Assembly: GCA_900318605.1 (NCBI GenBank)
Contig: ONLJ01000012.1
Coordinates: 1-37,415, forward strand
Reading direction: 5' to 3'
Source of the DNA: an uncultured Rhodospirillaceae bacterium
GTDB taxonomy: Bacteria; Pseudomonadota; Alphaproteobacteria; RF32; CAG-239
Length of the DNA: 37,415 nt
Shown: in pieces, positions 35,900 through 37,415 of the stretch
Layout of the letters: each line of letters begins with the position of its first letter
Position numbering within the stretch: position 1 is the stretch's first letter
Program-made: the position numbers and the translations under genes
Notes under the pieces: generated by a model
The model's database searches: none
What the model was told of the DNA's origin: nothing
What the model saw: only the letters and a program-made list of their open reading frames with translations

Positions 35900-37240
35900 A
35901 TGGATAACAAAACAATTTACGCACTTTCGACAGTCATGGGAAAATCCGGAGTCGCTGTTATCAGAGTATCAGGAGAAAGAGCATTTGATATTTTTTCTCT
36001 TATGACAAATATTGATACCGAAAATCTTGTTTTTCGCAAGATGTATTTAACTCCTCTTTTTGATTCTGTTTCTAAAGAGTTACTTGATAACGTATTGATT
36101 TCAGGATATAAAGCACCTCATTCATTTACCGGCGAGAACACTGTTGAGATTAACTGCCACGGCTCAAAGGCGGTAATAAAAAGCATAATAAACGCCCTCT
36201 CCTCGCTACAAGACTTCCGTCAGGCAGAGGCCGGAGAGTTCTCGCGTCGCGCTTTTTATAACGGCAAGATGGATTTAACCGAAGCTGACGGTTTGGCAGA
36301 CTTAATTGATGCGGAAACTGAATTACAGCAAAAAATCGCTTTACGTCAGATGGGGGGAACACTGTTCACGCTTTATGACAGCTGGCGTTCACGTTTGGTG
36401 GAAACACTGTCTTTTGTTGAAGCATACATTGATTTTCCCGATGAAAATATTCCTCAAAACACTGTATTTAAACTCCAAAACACTGTATTTAAAGTTTCTC
36501 AAGAAATTCGAGAGCATTTAGCGACCAATAATGTTGAAGAGCGCTTAAGAGATGGTTTCAGCGTAGTTATATCAGGCCCAACCAATGCCGGAAAATCCAG
36601 TTTAATCAATACGATAGCTAAGCGCAATGTGGCGATTGTATCTGACATTGCCGGCACTACTCGCGATTCGATAGATTGCTATATTGACTTAAAAGGATAT
36701 CCGATAATTTTTTCGGACACGGCAGGTTTACGTCCGGCAAGCGATGAGATTGAGAAAATCGGCATAGATATTGCTTTAAGGAAGATTGAAAATGCCGACT
36801 TCAATATTTTCTTATTTGATTCCGAAGAAGATTCGCCGGAAGTATTTTCACGTTTTATGGGCAGTAAAAACAATTACTTAATTGTCGGTAACAAAGCCGA
36901 AAATTTAACTTTGGCTCAGCGCGAAGTTTTAGAAAAACAGAATGTTCTTTTGATTTCCGCCAAGCAAAATCAGAATATTGATGTTTTATTAGATAAAATT
37001 TGCGCATATTTATCCGAGCAATATTCTTTGGCGAATGCAAATCTGATAACCCGCCAGCGTTATAGAGAGAATCTTGAGGAATGTTTAGCAAATCTTGACC
37101 GCTTTGATTTAGAAAAAGAGATTGAACTTGCGGCAGAAGATATTCGCCTTGCCTGCCGTGCGATTGGCAAGATTACCGGACAAGTCGAGGTATCCGAGAT
37201 TTTAGATAAGATTTTCGGTACCTTCTGCATCGGCAAATAG
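35900..37240 (+). CDS. mnmE: tRNA modification GTPase MnmE
   Basis: TIYALST, PHSFTGE, EINCHG, GEFSRRAF.NGKMDL, GPTNAGKSS, AGTTRD, DTAGLR, NKAE, terminal FCIGK. Confidence 0.98.
   Translation: MDNKTIYALSTVMGKSGVAVIRVSGERAFDIFSLMTNIDTENLVFRKMYLTPLFDSVSKELLDNVLISGYKAPHSFTGENTVEINCHGSKAVIKSIINALSSLQDFRQAEAGEFSRRAFYNGKMDLTEADGLADLIDAETELQQKIALRQMGGTLFTLYDSWRSRLVETLSFVEAYIDFPDENIPQNTVFKLQNTVFKVSQEIREHLATNNVEERLRDGFSVVISGPTNAGKSSLINTIAKRNVAIVSDIAGTTRDSIDCYIDLKGYPIIFSDTAGLRPASDEIEKIGIDIALRKIENADFNIFLFDSEEDSPEVFSRFMGSKNNYLIVGNKAENLTLAQREVLEKQNVLLISAKQNQNIDVLLDKICAYLSEQYSLANANLITRQRYRENLEECLANLDRFDLEKEIELAAEDIRLACRAIGKITGQVEVSEILDKIFGTFCIGK
36455..36493 (+). repeat. 21-bp-period in-frame tandem duplication in mnmE (QNTVFKL QNTVFKV)
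   Basis: CAAAACACTGTATTTAAA at 36455-36472 and 36476-36493. Confidence 0.92.
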
Positions 37241-37256
37241 TTGTTTATTTCTTTCT

Positions 37257-37378
37257 GTCATCACGAGGAGCGGTTATCAAACCGCGACGTGGCAATCTCC
37301 CTCGTTTCTGTTCGTCATTCCCTCTCCCTTTTCCTGTCATCCCTTTCGCGGTGCGGCGCATCCGCGAATCAAGGGATC
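37257..37378 (+). repeat. Cluster of GTCAT-tagged palindromic elements
   Basis: GTCATCACGAGGAGCGGTTATCAAACCGCGACGTGGCAATCTC (37257-37299), a GTCATTC stub (37314), GTCATCCCT...AGGGATC (37336-37378). Confidence 0.85.
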
Positions 37379-37415
37379 TTTGCTCCGGCGGTTGCGCTTT
37401 TTAAGCGCATAAATC

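Noticed and set aside
36357-36395. LexA box or canonical parS in mnmE (GAAC-N3-GTTC; GTTCACG twice)
   Set aside because: Spacing fits neither GAAC-N4-GTTC nor GTTC-N7-GTTC, and there is no full 16-bp parS palindrome.
1786-37091. Numerous other 60-190 aa ORFs antisense to or nested in identified genes
   Set aside because: They overlap well-supported CDSs and show no motifs or RBS; treated as shadow ORFs.

Overview
A 37.4-kb, AT-rich chromosomal window from an alphaproteobacterium with a reduced genome. Gene content and synteny remnants suggest a host- or gut-associated Rhodospirillales-like lineage; this taxonomy is inference. The window starts in rho and crosses an extremely AT-rich divergent rho/coaE spacer that looks like oriC. 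Housekeeping genes follow: coaE, dnaQ, ampG, rarA, rluC, an AsmA-family gene, acyP, ymdB, accBC, def, nusB, nrdR, murF, MoxR/DUF58, uvrD, glgX, tRNA-Leu(CAG) and mnmE. Several conserved alphaproteobacterial clusters have lost their metabolic members here (hem, aro, rib, crcB). Accessory items of interest: (i) a three-gene operon with a GT-C glycosyltransferase, an MFS transporter and a membrane-anchored, eukaryote-type GT29 sialyltransferase carrying all four sialylmotifs; (ii) a Bacteroidota-like lipoprotein plus double beta-barrel protein behind a possible leaderless uORF; (iii) several signal-peptide-less proteins with basic C-terminal tails resembling type IV secretion signals, including an orphan GlgX and an HEXXH metalloprotease; (iv) a cluster of a frame-independent AACACTGT DNA motif inside mnmE; (v) GTCAT-tagged palindromic repeats, all in one orientation. 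No CRISPR array, integrase or transposase was seen.
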